Assembly (NCBI GenBank): GCA_973895155.1
Contig: OZ316892.1
Location: 19,665,869-19,729,868 of the forward strand
Direction of reading: 5' to 3'
Origin: Marsupella aquatica
Taxonomy: Eukaryota; Plantae; Marchantiophyta
DNA length: 64,000 nt
Both the position numbers and the translations under genes were made by a program. Under the pieces are notes generated by a model. It did no database searches. It was not told where the DNA came from and saw only the letters and a program-made list of their open reading frames with translations. Positions 54,122-64,000 of the stretch are shown here, in pieces (the stretch's first letter is position 1; each line of letters begins with the position of its first letter).

Positions 54122-54766
54122 CTAGCTAGCAGCGTTTTCTGCCCCCATTTCGGGAGTATAGTCGTGCACTATCCCAAAAGTACTCATGATCTCTTCAATA
54201 CTCTTGCCATCCATGAGGTTGGCAACTCTCTGGCACATCAAATCGAGCAGAGGCATCAAATCCATGTAGCTTCCTGCCTGCAAGGAGCAAGGAGAATATT
54301 TTCAAGACAGAAGAATGCGTTATTCAGCAGTTCACTAATAAATACCGTGAACGAACTGGGAGGTCGATCATAGCCAAATCCAGATCCTAGGGATTATGCC
54401 ATGCACAGAATTGACCTAGATAATTGCTTAGAAATTAGTGCCTGAATGAACAAATGAGCTACAGTAGCTAGAGGATGTCAAACTTACATGGATGAGACCC
54501 AAAAGGGTTGGATGATCAACCTCGACAAAAGCAGCATCCCAATGCTTTATTTCATCGTCGGTAGCAGAATTCGATTGCAGATGATATGTGCAATACTGGA
54601 TTACCTTCATCAGTATCGTGCTGGGAACAGTCGGCAAGCAAATGATGTACTCGTCAGTGATCTCCACTGTCTCCATGACTAGTTTTGCGTCTTGCAGCAC
54701 CGCCAGGTCTACTTCAAATTTAACATGGTCAGATGACCACAGCTGCACCTTTCTCATGCTTGACAT
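54122..54766 (-). CDS. SKP1: Divergent SKP1/ASK-like protein, 144 aa, C-terminally truncated
   Basis: Exon 1 at 54766-54488 (LWSSD..FEVD, LPTVPSTILMKVIQYC..H, WDAAFVEVDHPTLLGLIH). Exon 2 at 54277-54122 (AGSYMDLMPLLDLMCQRVANLMDGKSIEEIMSTFGIVHDYTPE). Confidence 0.88.
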
Positions 54767-57021
54767 CTTGGTTCGGGTGGTGGTTGTGTACGTCTGTATG
54801 CGAGTTTTCTCTCCGATAGAGTTGAGTTACCTTGATCTCTAGCCAGAATCTGTTTCGTGCTAGTCAGAAGATTTGCGAGCGATCCACTTTCCCTGTTGAA
54901 AGATTTCCTCAGCTAGGGACTGCAAACGATGTTGTAGTGCTTGGCTAAACAGCTGCAACGTACAGTTTTCAGCATAAGGTATATATATATACATACTTCT
55001 TGAGATTCTGAAGTGCATATTCTACATGGCACGATATAAGGTCACAACACCTCTATCAACTGATACGTCTAAAAACTAAGAATATAGAAAACATCACGTA
55101 CCGAGTGCAGCACGGGGTAGAGAGGACACCTGATCGATGACAAAGCGAAAAACCAACGGACTTAGCTTGATTCTCTGAAGGTGCCCCTTCTGTGTTATAA
55201 GACTCTCAACAACGTTGATGTTCCCAACCTTTATAGGTTAAAACGAAGCTTTTGTAGTCTTTGGTCAGCTAGGTATAGATAGATCTTTCTCATAAATGAT
55301 TAAAGGCATTCAAGCTAGGTTGTTAGTCAGGTGCGTATTGATCAATGGTCATGAGTGAACAGAAAGCCAGTTGGATCCAGCTAGCTTGTATGATAGAAAA
55401 GGCCAGGGTCCAACCTCGACGTCAAGGAAATACACCTAACCGGCGGTCTACTGTGACATATTCCCTCAGTTTTAGTTGTTACTGGACGGTCTATAGTCTT
55501 GTTACTGGACAGTCTGTGTTAAACCACACCTGCCCCTGTAAAGGGCTACTGGTAACCCGTAGCTCTCATTCTAAAGAATACAAGTTCAGAAATAGGCTTT
55601 GAGCTCCACAAAAGGTGATGATTGCAAAACCGTTTTTTGACAAGTACTCCACAAAAGGTGTTACTGTTCCACCTTTTATGGTGAGTAGTGAGACATGGAA
55701 TGAGGCTTTTATAGTGGCAGGTGTGCTTTAAGGCATTCTGGCTTTTCACTTCTTGTGAAGCAAAAGCTCAAAACAAATTAGTTTGTCACGGCTAAGTATA
55801 TAGTCCTAACCACTTTTCTCCAGAAGGAGATGTAAGCTATATATAATGTGCATACTGGCATGTTTGAAGTTGAAAAACCTGAGGAAAAAACTTGATCAAA
55901 ACCAAATTAAATGGCTTAATTTTTTCAAGTGTCCACAACCAAACCAGCCAGCATTAATTATGAGATTTTTGTTAAATTTCTAAACATCTTCTTATAAAAA
56001 TTACAACAAGGATTTTGTTTAAGTTTAATATGGGGCAGAAAACAAAAACCAAACTTAATATACGACTCAGAAAATTCAAAAAATGGGAAACCCAGGCTTT
56101 TTAAATTTTCTTTTTTTATTACAGCCCGTGAGTCCCCACTCTTAGGTAATAACTGTTTGACATGAGAACAATTCATTTACAACTAAGCAACCTGCATCTT
56201 CTATTGTAAATATGACATGTAAGTAATGGGATAAGTAATGTACTGTATTGAATAATCAGCTTGTGTTAGATTTTGCAAAGGGGGCCCCTAATAGGTAATG
56301 ACACACATCATCATATTAGTGGGTCAGGTATGTGTCAACATGTGATTGATACATATGATACATACTATATCCACCTTTAAATATGGAGTATTCATTATTA
56401 ATTTAATAAAGGGTCTGTGGGTTTGATTTAGGGCCGGGCTTTAAAAGGGTTTATTGGGAGGTTTGGGGTTTGAGGCTTAGGGGTTTGCAAGAGGAAATAC
56501 AATGGGGCCAAACTTTGGCCAGTTGATCCAAGGGAGAGCACGTCTAGGCCCTACATTGATTGATCCATGGTCTGCAAGCAGGTGGTCTTCACCCTCAGGT
56601 GTGTTGCAAGGTGTTTGCTTTGGGTTGAAGTCAGTCATTGACCCAAAACCGTACCCCACCCAAAAGCCCTAGCTCTGGATGCCTCCATTTTGCCCCCTTG
56701 TTTGGCTTTTGGTATTTTTGGTGTTGGCTCTTTGTCTGTCTTGCTTGGTCCTCATTTGTCTGTCTTGCTTGGTCCTTGGGGTTTGACATTTCTCTTGCTA
56801 TGGTGTACGTTCCAATGAAACATAATTAGACTAGCTCAATACCCATGCGTTGCATAGAAGATGTAGTGTTGGCCAAGATCATGTCATGTCGGCCAAGATT
56901 TGGTTGAGAAAAAAGATGTTGTGTTGGCCAAGTTAGAGGTCATTCTGAATTAAAGATGTCGTGTTGGCGCACCAAGAGGTCGTTGAGAAAAAGATGTTCT
57001 GCCGGCCAAGAGGGCGTTGAG

Positions 57022-57316
57022 CTCGGGGGTCTCACTATATGGATGCCTTCCCATCCCCTGCGACGTGTTTAGGTATCGGACCCCCTAAAATGTAAGAAAT
57101 AAATTATTTTCCAACCCTTATAAAGTTGGAATATTCTTGGAATATTCTAAAATTTTGGTTAGAAAGACCCTAATGTTCTGATAAGTCTCAAAATTGAATT
57201 TAAAAGACCCTATTGTTCTTCTGAAAAATTTCTTAAGTCTTCTCTTCAAACCAATAAAATGACCCTATCCTTCATCGCACATGATGTGCCATTTTTGTGG
57301 AAGTGAAACCCCCGGG
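57022..57316 (+). mobile_element. ~290-bp MITE, copy A
   Basis: Termini CTCGGGGGTCTCACT...AGTGAAACCCCCGGG. It is the inverted homolog of 57487-57772. Confidence 0.75.
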
Positions 57317-57486
57317 CGTTGGAAAAAAATGTGGTGTCAACCATGATATTGTTGAGAAATAAAATGTCATGTGGGCCAAGATGTTGTTGGGAAAGAAATG
57401 TTGTGTCGGCCAAAGATGTCATTGAGAAAAAAAATGTTGTGTCGGCCAAGATGTTGTTGAGAAAAAATGATTTTGTGTAGGCCGAG

Positions 57487-57772
57487 CTCGGGGGTTTCAC
57501 TTCCACGAAAATGACACATCACATGTGACGAAGTATATGGTCATTTTATTGGTTCAAAGGGAAGACTTAAGATATTTTTTGAGAAGAACAATAGGGTCTT
57601 TTAAATCAAATTTTGAGACTTATAAGTACATTAGGGTCCTTATAACCAAATATTTGGAATATTCCAGCTTTATAGGGGTTGAACAATAATTTTTTTTCTT
57701 ACACTTTAGGGGGTCTGAGGCCTAAAAACATCGCAGGTGACAGGGAGACATCCATATAGTGAGACCCTCGAG
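57487..57772 (-). mobile_element. ~290-bp MITE, copy B
   Basis: Termini CTCGGGGGTTTCACT...AGTGAGACCCTCGAG. Flanks AGGCCGAG and AGGCCAAG form a 7/8 TSD. Confidence 0.78.
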
Positions 57773-60324
57773 AGGCCAAGATGTTGTTCGGAGAAAAGAT
57801 GTAGTGTCAGCCAAGACGTCATTGAGGAAAACTACCCATTGTCGTTGCACATAAGATGTCGTTAAGAAAAAAATGTTGTGTTGCCCAAGATGCTGCTATA
57901 TGAACATGTCATGAAGTAAAAAGATATCGGTAAGAAAAAGGAAGTCATTTTGCGAAAAATGCCATTATGTGAAAGACATTGTTAAAAGGTGTCATTTTGC
58001 CAAAGATATCGTGAAGTAAAAGATGTTGTCAGCAAAAAGGTGTCATTTCACCCATGATGTTGACATTATCTGAAAGATGTTGTGAAGTAAAAAGTCAAGG
58101 AGGAGCGAGTCAACCAAGAGTCAAGGTTGTCGCAGATTGATACTATCATCACGGCCTGCATCGATCCAAGGGCCCGTCCAAGGGGTGGCATGGTTTTTTT
58201 TGGGTCCTATTCCTTTGTCTTTGTCTTTGTCCTTGTCTTTTTCTTCTTTTGTTTTTTCCCAAAATGCCCTTGCATCTGAATGACGACCACTCTATAAATT
58301 GGTGCAACGGGTTTCAGTTTTAGGGTTTTAGGGTTTAGGGTTAAGCAAAGATGACGGTTCTGTTGCTGTCCTTGATTTCAATCCCCTTGAGTTAAAGATG
58401 TTTTTTGGTTAAAGAAATCATTTCGCTAAAGATGTTAATGAGAAATAGATCGTGGTGCAAAAGATATCGTTGAATTACAAACTTTATTAATTATGAAAAT
58501 CTATTACTGCACAAAAACTTTTGTTGAGTGAAAGATATCATTGTGCAAAATACTGGCTACGACAACCACAATACTTAATTCCCTTTTCTTTTTTCTCCTT
58601 GCACAAAAATAATTCTTGAATAAAAGATCATGTCACTGCACAAAAGATTGGCTATGACCACCACAAAAGTATAACAAAATGAGAGGTGTGTTTTTGTTTG
58701 TTTTTAAAAACCTTTTTTCTCTTCTGTTCCTTTTAAACCTTAACCCCACCTTTTCCCCCAGTTTTTTTAGTTTTGGTCTTCTCTTTTTTCTCAACCAAAT
58801 TGACATGCCATCTTGGCCAACATGATATCTTTCCAACACCCTATCTTGCCGCCCCCTCTCCACCCATGCAAGGCTGGAGCCCTTTGAGGGGCTGCCCTAC
58901 ATTGCAAGAATGCCCCTTGCCCGACACGTTGCCATCAACGCCCATGCCATGCTCTTTACATGTCTTTGGGCCTTATTAATTTTGTTTCTTGGCATTGAAA
59001 CGATAGTGAAAATCACCACAAATATGGGCAGAACAATTTTTTATTGATTAGTGTATACAATACTCTATTGACTAAAATACAATTTGCAATTAAACAATGC
59101 TGCATCACAATGTTGAATATGTATAATATTTCCTTGCATGGATCATGGAGGGAAGATCCTCCTTGATCCTCGTGCATTGTGCATATTAAAGTGTCATTTT
59201 CTTGTTGTTGTTTGGTGTGATTATTTCTTCCTTGGAGAATGGCTTAACTTTTTGTGAGTCACACTAAACTAAATTCACAGTTTGTCTTTATTCCTTACCT
59301 TTGAAATTCCAGAAAGTTCCAAAAATGTGCTTCACAGATGATCCAATGCAAGGAGGGTTACCGGTGACCCCAAAAGGTGTCTGAAAACAAGGCCTACAAG
59401 TGGATATCCTAAGACTTATGTCGAAGGTACCAATACCAAATTATGGACACGTACTAGCTGCAGCATTCAGTTTCATGTGACCATATTGATCTTGAACTTG
59501 GAGAGGATTCCAACACTAATTGTCTCAGAATTGATCCAACTTTTGTGGTCCCCATAAATAACGAGGTGTTCACATGCAATCCCGCATGCAATAGCTCATT
59601 GGGTGAGATCGAGGTTGGCAGTCTAGCTACGAGCCAGGGCTATGAGCTTCTTCAGAGCAAAGGACTTGGAACAGATACCAAAAAATTGCATGGGAGAGAA
59701 TCCCACACTCTTTTCAAGCCTTTTTTTGGCATATGTCCCATCTTGCTTTTAGCAATAGTTGGCAGCAGGCCCCAAATTTGGCCATTCAAGAGCCAAGTAC
59801 GTGATGTAAGCAAACTTTCCAGTGGTTTATAAGTTGTATATATATAGTTATTAGTCAGTCTTCAATTCAAAGTAGATTTCCCCATCGTTTAGCTTGGATT
59901 GGCCCAGGATTAACCTTAGCTTGGCAAACTGTTGCTATTAGATAGTTGCGTACCCAGGACTGTAATTTGGGAAGTAAGGATTTTCAGATTGTTCCACAGA
60001 TTTTACTATTTGACCCATCCCATTTTGATGCATGTTCATCAAAGCATATATAAACGGTGAATGACTTTGGAATTGCACTTTGCTTGTGTTGAATGCACCA
60101 TCTCAAGACGAAGTTCTAAAATCTAACAAGTTGGTTTTCCTATGCATCAATTCTACAAAAAAATTGTAAATTATTATCACAATGCTTGAGTTACACCTTT
60201 TCCATATTGGAAGTTAGTCAAAATTACCAAAAGCTAGGATCATGTGTCTTCCCGTGTGTCTTAACACGCCTAGCTATTTTGAAAACCTTCAATTTTTTGG
60301 GCAACTTTTTAAGCCCATAAATCT

Positions 60325-60365
60325 GCAGTTGTGATGAACCATGGTCCATGGTTCATCACAACTGC
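60325..60365. repeat. Perfect palindrome, 20-bp arms, 1-nt spacer
   Basis: GCAGTTGTGATGAACCATGG-T-CCATGGTTCATCACAACTGC. Confidence 0.95.
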
Positions 60366-60619
60366 TATATATGGACACAAACAAATTAACTCCCTCTCAT
60401 AACTAGCATATCAAACCTCTAAGCCCTATTTCCCCCAAAAAAACCTTGAGAGTAGTTCCAACTGAATGATACATGTATGAATCAAACCATTCTCAATTAT
60501 TTTAACCAGGCTACATCATTATTGTGCAAATTATTTTAGTGAGAACCAAATAGGCTTTGACATCTGGCAGCACATGCACAACCTAAAAACAATAAAAGCA
60601 TAGTTGGCCAACACCATGT

Positions 60620-60943
60620 GGTGGAAAGCAAGATTGAGGGGTACCAAGAGGTGCAAATGGCTATGGATTAGCCCTCATAGTCCTCATTAAGAAAGGAGAT
60701 AAGCAAGGAGTAAATTAAAGGTTGGCAACACTTCCTAAAAGGTGTAACACTCACTCAAAGCTTGGTACACTTAGTCAAAGATGGGGCAAACTTCCAAAGA
60801 TTTAGGTTAAAATATTGCCTTTAATATGCCAAAAGAAGATTGCAACCCTTAAGTGTAACACCCCCTATTTATAGGAGTCTCCACTCCTTCTGGTGGAGAC
60901 TTTGAAGATCCTCTTTTGGTACCTCTCAATCTTGCTTTCCACC
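60620..60943. mobile_element. MITE-like element with ~30-bp TIRs
   Basis: GGTGGAAAGCAAGATTGAGGGGTACCAA versus TTGGTACCTCTCAATCTTGCTTTCCACC. Confidence 0.65.
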
Positions 60944-61432
60944 TGTATCAGATTTTTAAGACCTCAAGTAAGGAAAATATCCAAAACCTAAAACCAGCCT
61001 AAACCCTCACCCCACTAAAATAACAACTCCTTTGACTGTTGCTCCCCCGGTTGCTCCCCAAACCCTTCAAGATACAACATATTAGATGATTTGGGTGTAC
61101 ATGATTAGGGTTTTGAGCACTTACGTATCATGGCTGGGAATTCAAAATCTGTTACTGTCTACCAGATTTGGTATAATTGGTCTTGTGGTATGCCTGGAAA
61201 TTTGATGGATTTTAATTGCCCAATCATTTGTTCACATCATAAAGCCCAATTCTCTAATTTCCTACTTACCAGTTATTGGTTCTACCTGCTCAACTTTATG
61301 AGTTACAACTTTTAGGAGCTACATTTAATAATTATATGATTTTTAGAGTACTCTCATGATATTTAGAAATATATGAATTAGCATTCTTCCCTCCCAAACC
61401 TATGCTGCATACCCGTTGTTCCTATATTTAAT

Positions 61433-61736
61433 CTCTAGGGTCTTACTATTTATATCAATGGAGGCCTCCCTATCACCTGCAAAGTTTTTAGGTCTTGGAC
61501 CCCCTAAAATGTAAGAATTTTCTTAAAAAACTGACCCCTATAAGGTTGGAATTGTTTTGTAATATTCTAAAAAATTGATAAAAAGACCCTAATGGAATTA
61601 TAACTCTCAAAATTAGATTTAAAAGATCATATTGTTATTCTGAGAAATTTTTTAAGTTTTCTCTTAGAACCAATAAAATGACTATATGCTTTGTCACACA
61701 TGATTTTATCATTTTTGTGGAAATGAAACCCCCAAG
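61433..61736 (+). mobile_element. ~290-bp MITE, copy C (more decayed)
   Basis: GACCCCCTAAAATGTAAG...AAAGACCCTAATG...ACCAATAAAATGAC...GTGGAAATGAAACCCCC matches copy A. Confidence 0.7.
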
Positions 61737-62687
61737 ATTTTAATGTCTTAGGTTAATTTGTGTAAATTCCTGGGGAGAGAGTAGTTGGACCCTCGTCCAA
61801 ATGGTGCTATAATTTATCCCATAGGCAGGTGGAAGCTCAGTCTGTTGTAATTTCAATTTGATACACTCTCAATGGGTCAAGAATATTGCCTGGAGAAGAA
61901 AGTAGCTTCCTTCTCTTGAAATGCTATCTCAGCAAAACTTAAAGCAAGTCAAATGGACACTTGCTAGCATCAACGACTTCCTTGCCTCAACCTAGGCCTA
62001 GACCACACTTCCTTGCTTCCACAAATTTCCCTTGCCTCACCTAAATGTTTTGTGTGTGAAGTATGGGTACCTGCAGAAACCTGGTCAGAATGGAGATAAA
62101 GGATGAGCTTGACACCTTGGGACCATCTTGGAACCCAACCCAAAAGACGCCTCTGACTTGCAAAGAGATACAAAAGTTGAGAGAAGACCAAAAATATCGG
62201 GACCAGGTACCAGGGTTTATAGAGCAAGTCAATGATTGACTGAGATATGTTCGAACTCTTGAGGTGCATGACATAGTGTGGCAGAAGTCAGAGTCCCCTG
62301 TCACCAGTACTAACCCAGCTCAAGCTCAAAAAGCACAAAATAGAGATAAAACAAAATGGTCATTTTCAAAACTAATTTAATTACAAAAGAAACAAATGAT
62401 CCTAAATTTCAATCAGCCGTCTTCTATTTTAATTGTGGTAAAATATGAGATGATGATTGAGAGTTTGATCTGACAGCTTTTTGAAAGTGTTGTATGTTCA
62501 CTTGTCCATCAGAACTCATGCATCCAGGCTACACCCATTGAAATAATGAAAAGAACTGTAGTATCTCATTATACACCACCAACATGTACGTCTATGTTGA
62601 GGACTGATCGATCACACATTTCAAAACCGCAGCTGTTTACTAAAACCCTCACAAGAGCTTTGAAGAAGTCCATCGAGGGAAATTAAT

Positions 62688-62867
62688 CAGTCCAGACATT
62701 GCTCAAGAGAATCTTATGCTACTTACTTTTAGCACACACACTAATTAAACTAAGGATGGATATCTTAAAAACTAGCTCAGTCCAGATATTGCTGAAGAGA
62801 ATCTTATGCTACAAACTCTTAATATATTAGCACACGCACTAAGCTGAGGATGGAGATCTTAAAAACT
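62688..62867. repeat. ~90-bp tandem duplication
   Basis: CAGTCCAGA.ATTGCT.AAGAGAATCTTATGCTAC...AGGATGGA.ATCTTAAAAACT occurs twice. Confidence 0.8.
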
Positions 62868-63036
62868 TACGTAAGATCTAGGTCCTTATTGGGAACGATC
62901 ATGTCATCTTCATATGATCACATTTGCATCCATCCTCCACAACCAAAATGTCATCTCTTAAACAGAAAAGGAAATTAAACTTACTAATTATATTGTTCAA
63001 CAGATTTTATTTCTTGAATCGGCTCCATGTTTTTAT

Positions 63037-63999
63037 TCAAAGCTCAATAGGACTCAGCAATTGTAGAGGATTAAAGTAATCTGACAATAAAGTACCATAT
63101 GCCGTAGGGCACCCTCTAATTGACCACACAACTGGTCTGTTGTTGCTACTGAATCCGCTGCTTTGAAGGATATACCATCCTTTGCTTCTGACAGCGTCTC
63201 GTCTCTTCCACCGCACCATTGCAAACAGTTCATTATTAACTGTTACAATTGAATATGGGTCAAGCTTGACCGAGTCTGTGGGGCCCAGTCCATCATATGC
63301 TATCGAACACCAATGATCCCATGATTTGTTGTCATTGTTGTAAACATGAAATCCATCGGAGTCGGCTGAATAGAACTTTCCTTGCATCATGAATACGCTT
63401 TCAATATTTGAAAATCTATCAACCAGATCCATCCTTGGTTCCACCACTCTCCACTCATCCTTGAGTGGATGATAAACCTGCCATGATGATGCCACTCCAC
63501 TTCGACAGGCCACAAAGAGTTCCTCGCCCATATGTGTAACTCGAAGGGGGAGTTGCTCATATACCATTGGCTTTATTGGGGACCAGGCATCCACTTTGGG
63601 ATCATAAAACTCTGATGCACAAGTATAGGACGTTGGATCCTCTGGGGAAGTACCACCGAATACATACAACTTTCCATCCTTGATACCACACTGGAAGGAG
63701 ATTCTTGGTTCTAGCAAAGCTGCACACTCCTTCCAGTGCATATCCCCAACTGCCACATCCAAAACATGCACTCTTTGGTAGCTCCGGTTATTTGTGCTCA
63801 TCCCTCCCAAAGCATATAAGTTACCCTCCAATGCAATGAACTTGGGGGACCGAAATACAGCCCCGAATACAGCATCTGGGACTTCAGGAATTTGGTAAAG
63901 ACTTTCTTCACTAGGGGAATAAAGATAAATCCCGTCGTGTCCTTGAGAAAAACTAGTGCCAATCCGAAGGACTATACAAGTTTCTAGTGAATGGCAGCA
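63037..63999 (-). CDS. Kelch-repeat protein, probably F-box/kelch; 5' part lies outside the window
   Basis: The frame is open to the window edge. Kelch signatures are GNLYALGG...W...L.EPR and DGKLYVFGG...EFYDPKVDAWSPIKPM. The F-box itself is not visible. Confidence 0.88.
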   Translation of the reverse strand, partial: CCHSLETCIVLRIGTSFSQGHDGIYLYSPSEESLYQIPEVPDAVFGAVFRSPKFIALEGNLYALGGMSTNNRSYQRVHVLDVAVGDMHWKECAALLEPRISFQCGIKDGKLYVFGGTSPEDPTSYTCASEFYDPKVDAWSPIKPMVYEQLPLRVTHMGEELFVACRSGVASSWQVYHPLKDEWRVVEPRMDLVDRFSNIESVFMMQGKFYSADSDGFHVYNNDNKSWDHWCSIAYDGLGPTDSVKLDPYSIVTVNNELFAMVRWKRRDAVRSKGWYILQSSGFSSNNRPVVWSIRGCPTAYGTLLSDYFNPLQLLSPIEL

Positions 64000-64000
64000 A

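Larger units (their letters stand above)
56831..58100 (-). repeat. Minisatellite-rich repeat (GGCCAAGATGTCGTTGAGAAAAAGATGTTGTGTC-like units) with a Helitron-type 3' end
   Basis: A|CTAG at 56830-56834 followed by the decayed hairpin CCCATGCGTTGCATAG. Many ~35-bp degenerate units. The distal boundary is uncertain. Confidence 0.5.

Noticed and set aside
58318-58342. TTTAGGG telomere-like repeats
   Set aside because: Only about three imperfect units, which are common in plant repeats and not evidence of a telomere or fusion site.

Overview
Eukaryotic, intron-rich land-plant DNA, probably from a non-seed plant such as a bryophyte (inferred from gene style only). The dominant structure is a 21,986-bp DNA transposon at 17550-39535, bounded by 26-bp terminal inverted repeats (24/26 identical, TAC...GTA termini) and a 5-bp GAGGC target-site duplication. 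It carries three spliced genes: an IS3/IS481-fold (IS3EU-like) HTH-DDE transposase, a TET/JBP-like Fe(II) dioxygenase (HxD...H) and a divergently transcribed HECT E3 ubiquitin ligase. It also holds two tandem arrays (187 bp and ~200 bp) and a repeat-bracketed CpG-rich island. This copy shows early decay: a premature stop, frameshifts and one mutated splice acceptor. Host genes are an intact 7-exon Rab5/RabF2 GTPase, a SKP1-like gene truncated by a 4-bp duplication, and a partial kelch (probably F-box/kelch) gene. The remainder contains MITEs, non-autonomous Helitron-like elements, a 5'-truncated RLE non-LTR retrotransposon, tandem duplications and repair scars. All family assignments are from motif recognition by eye; no database search was run.
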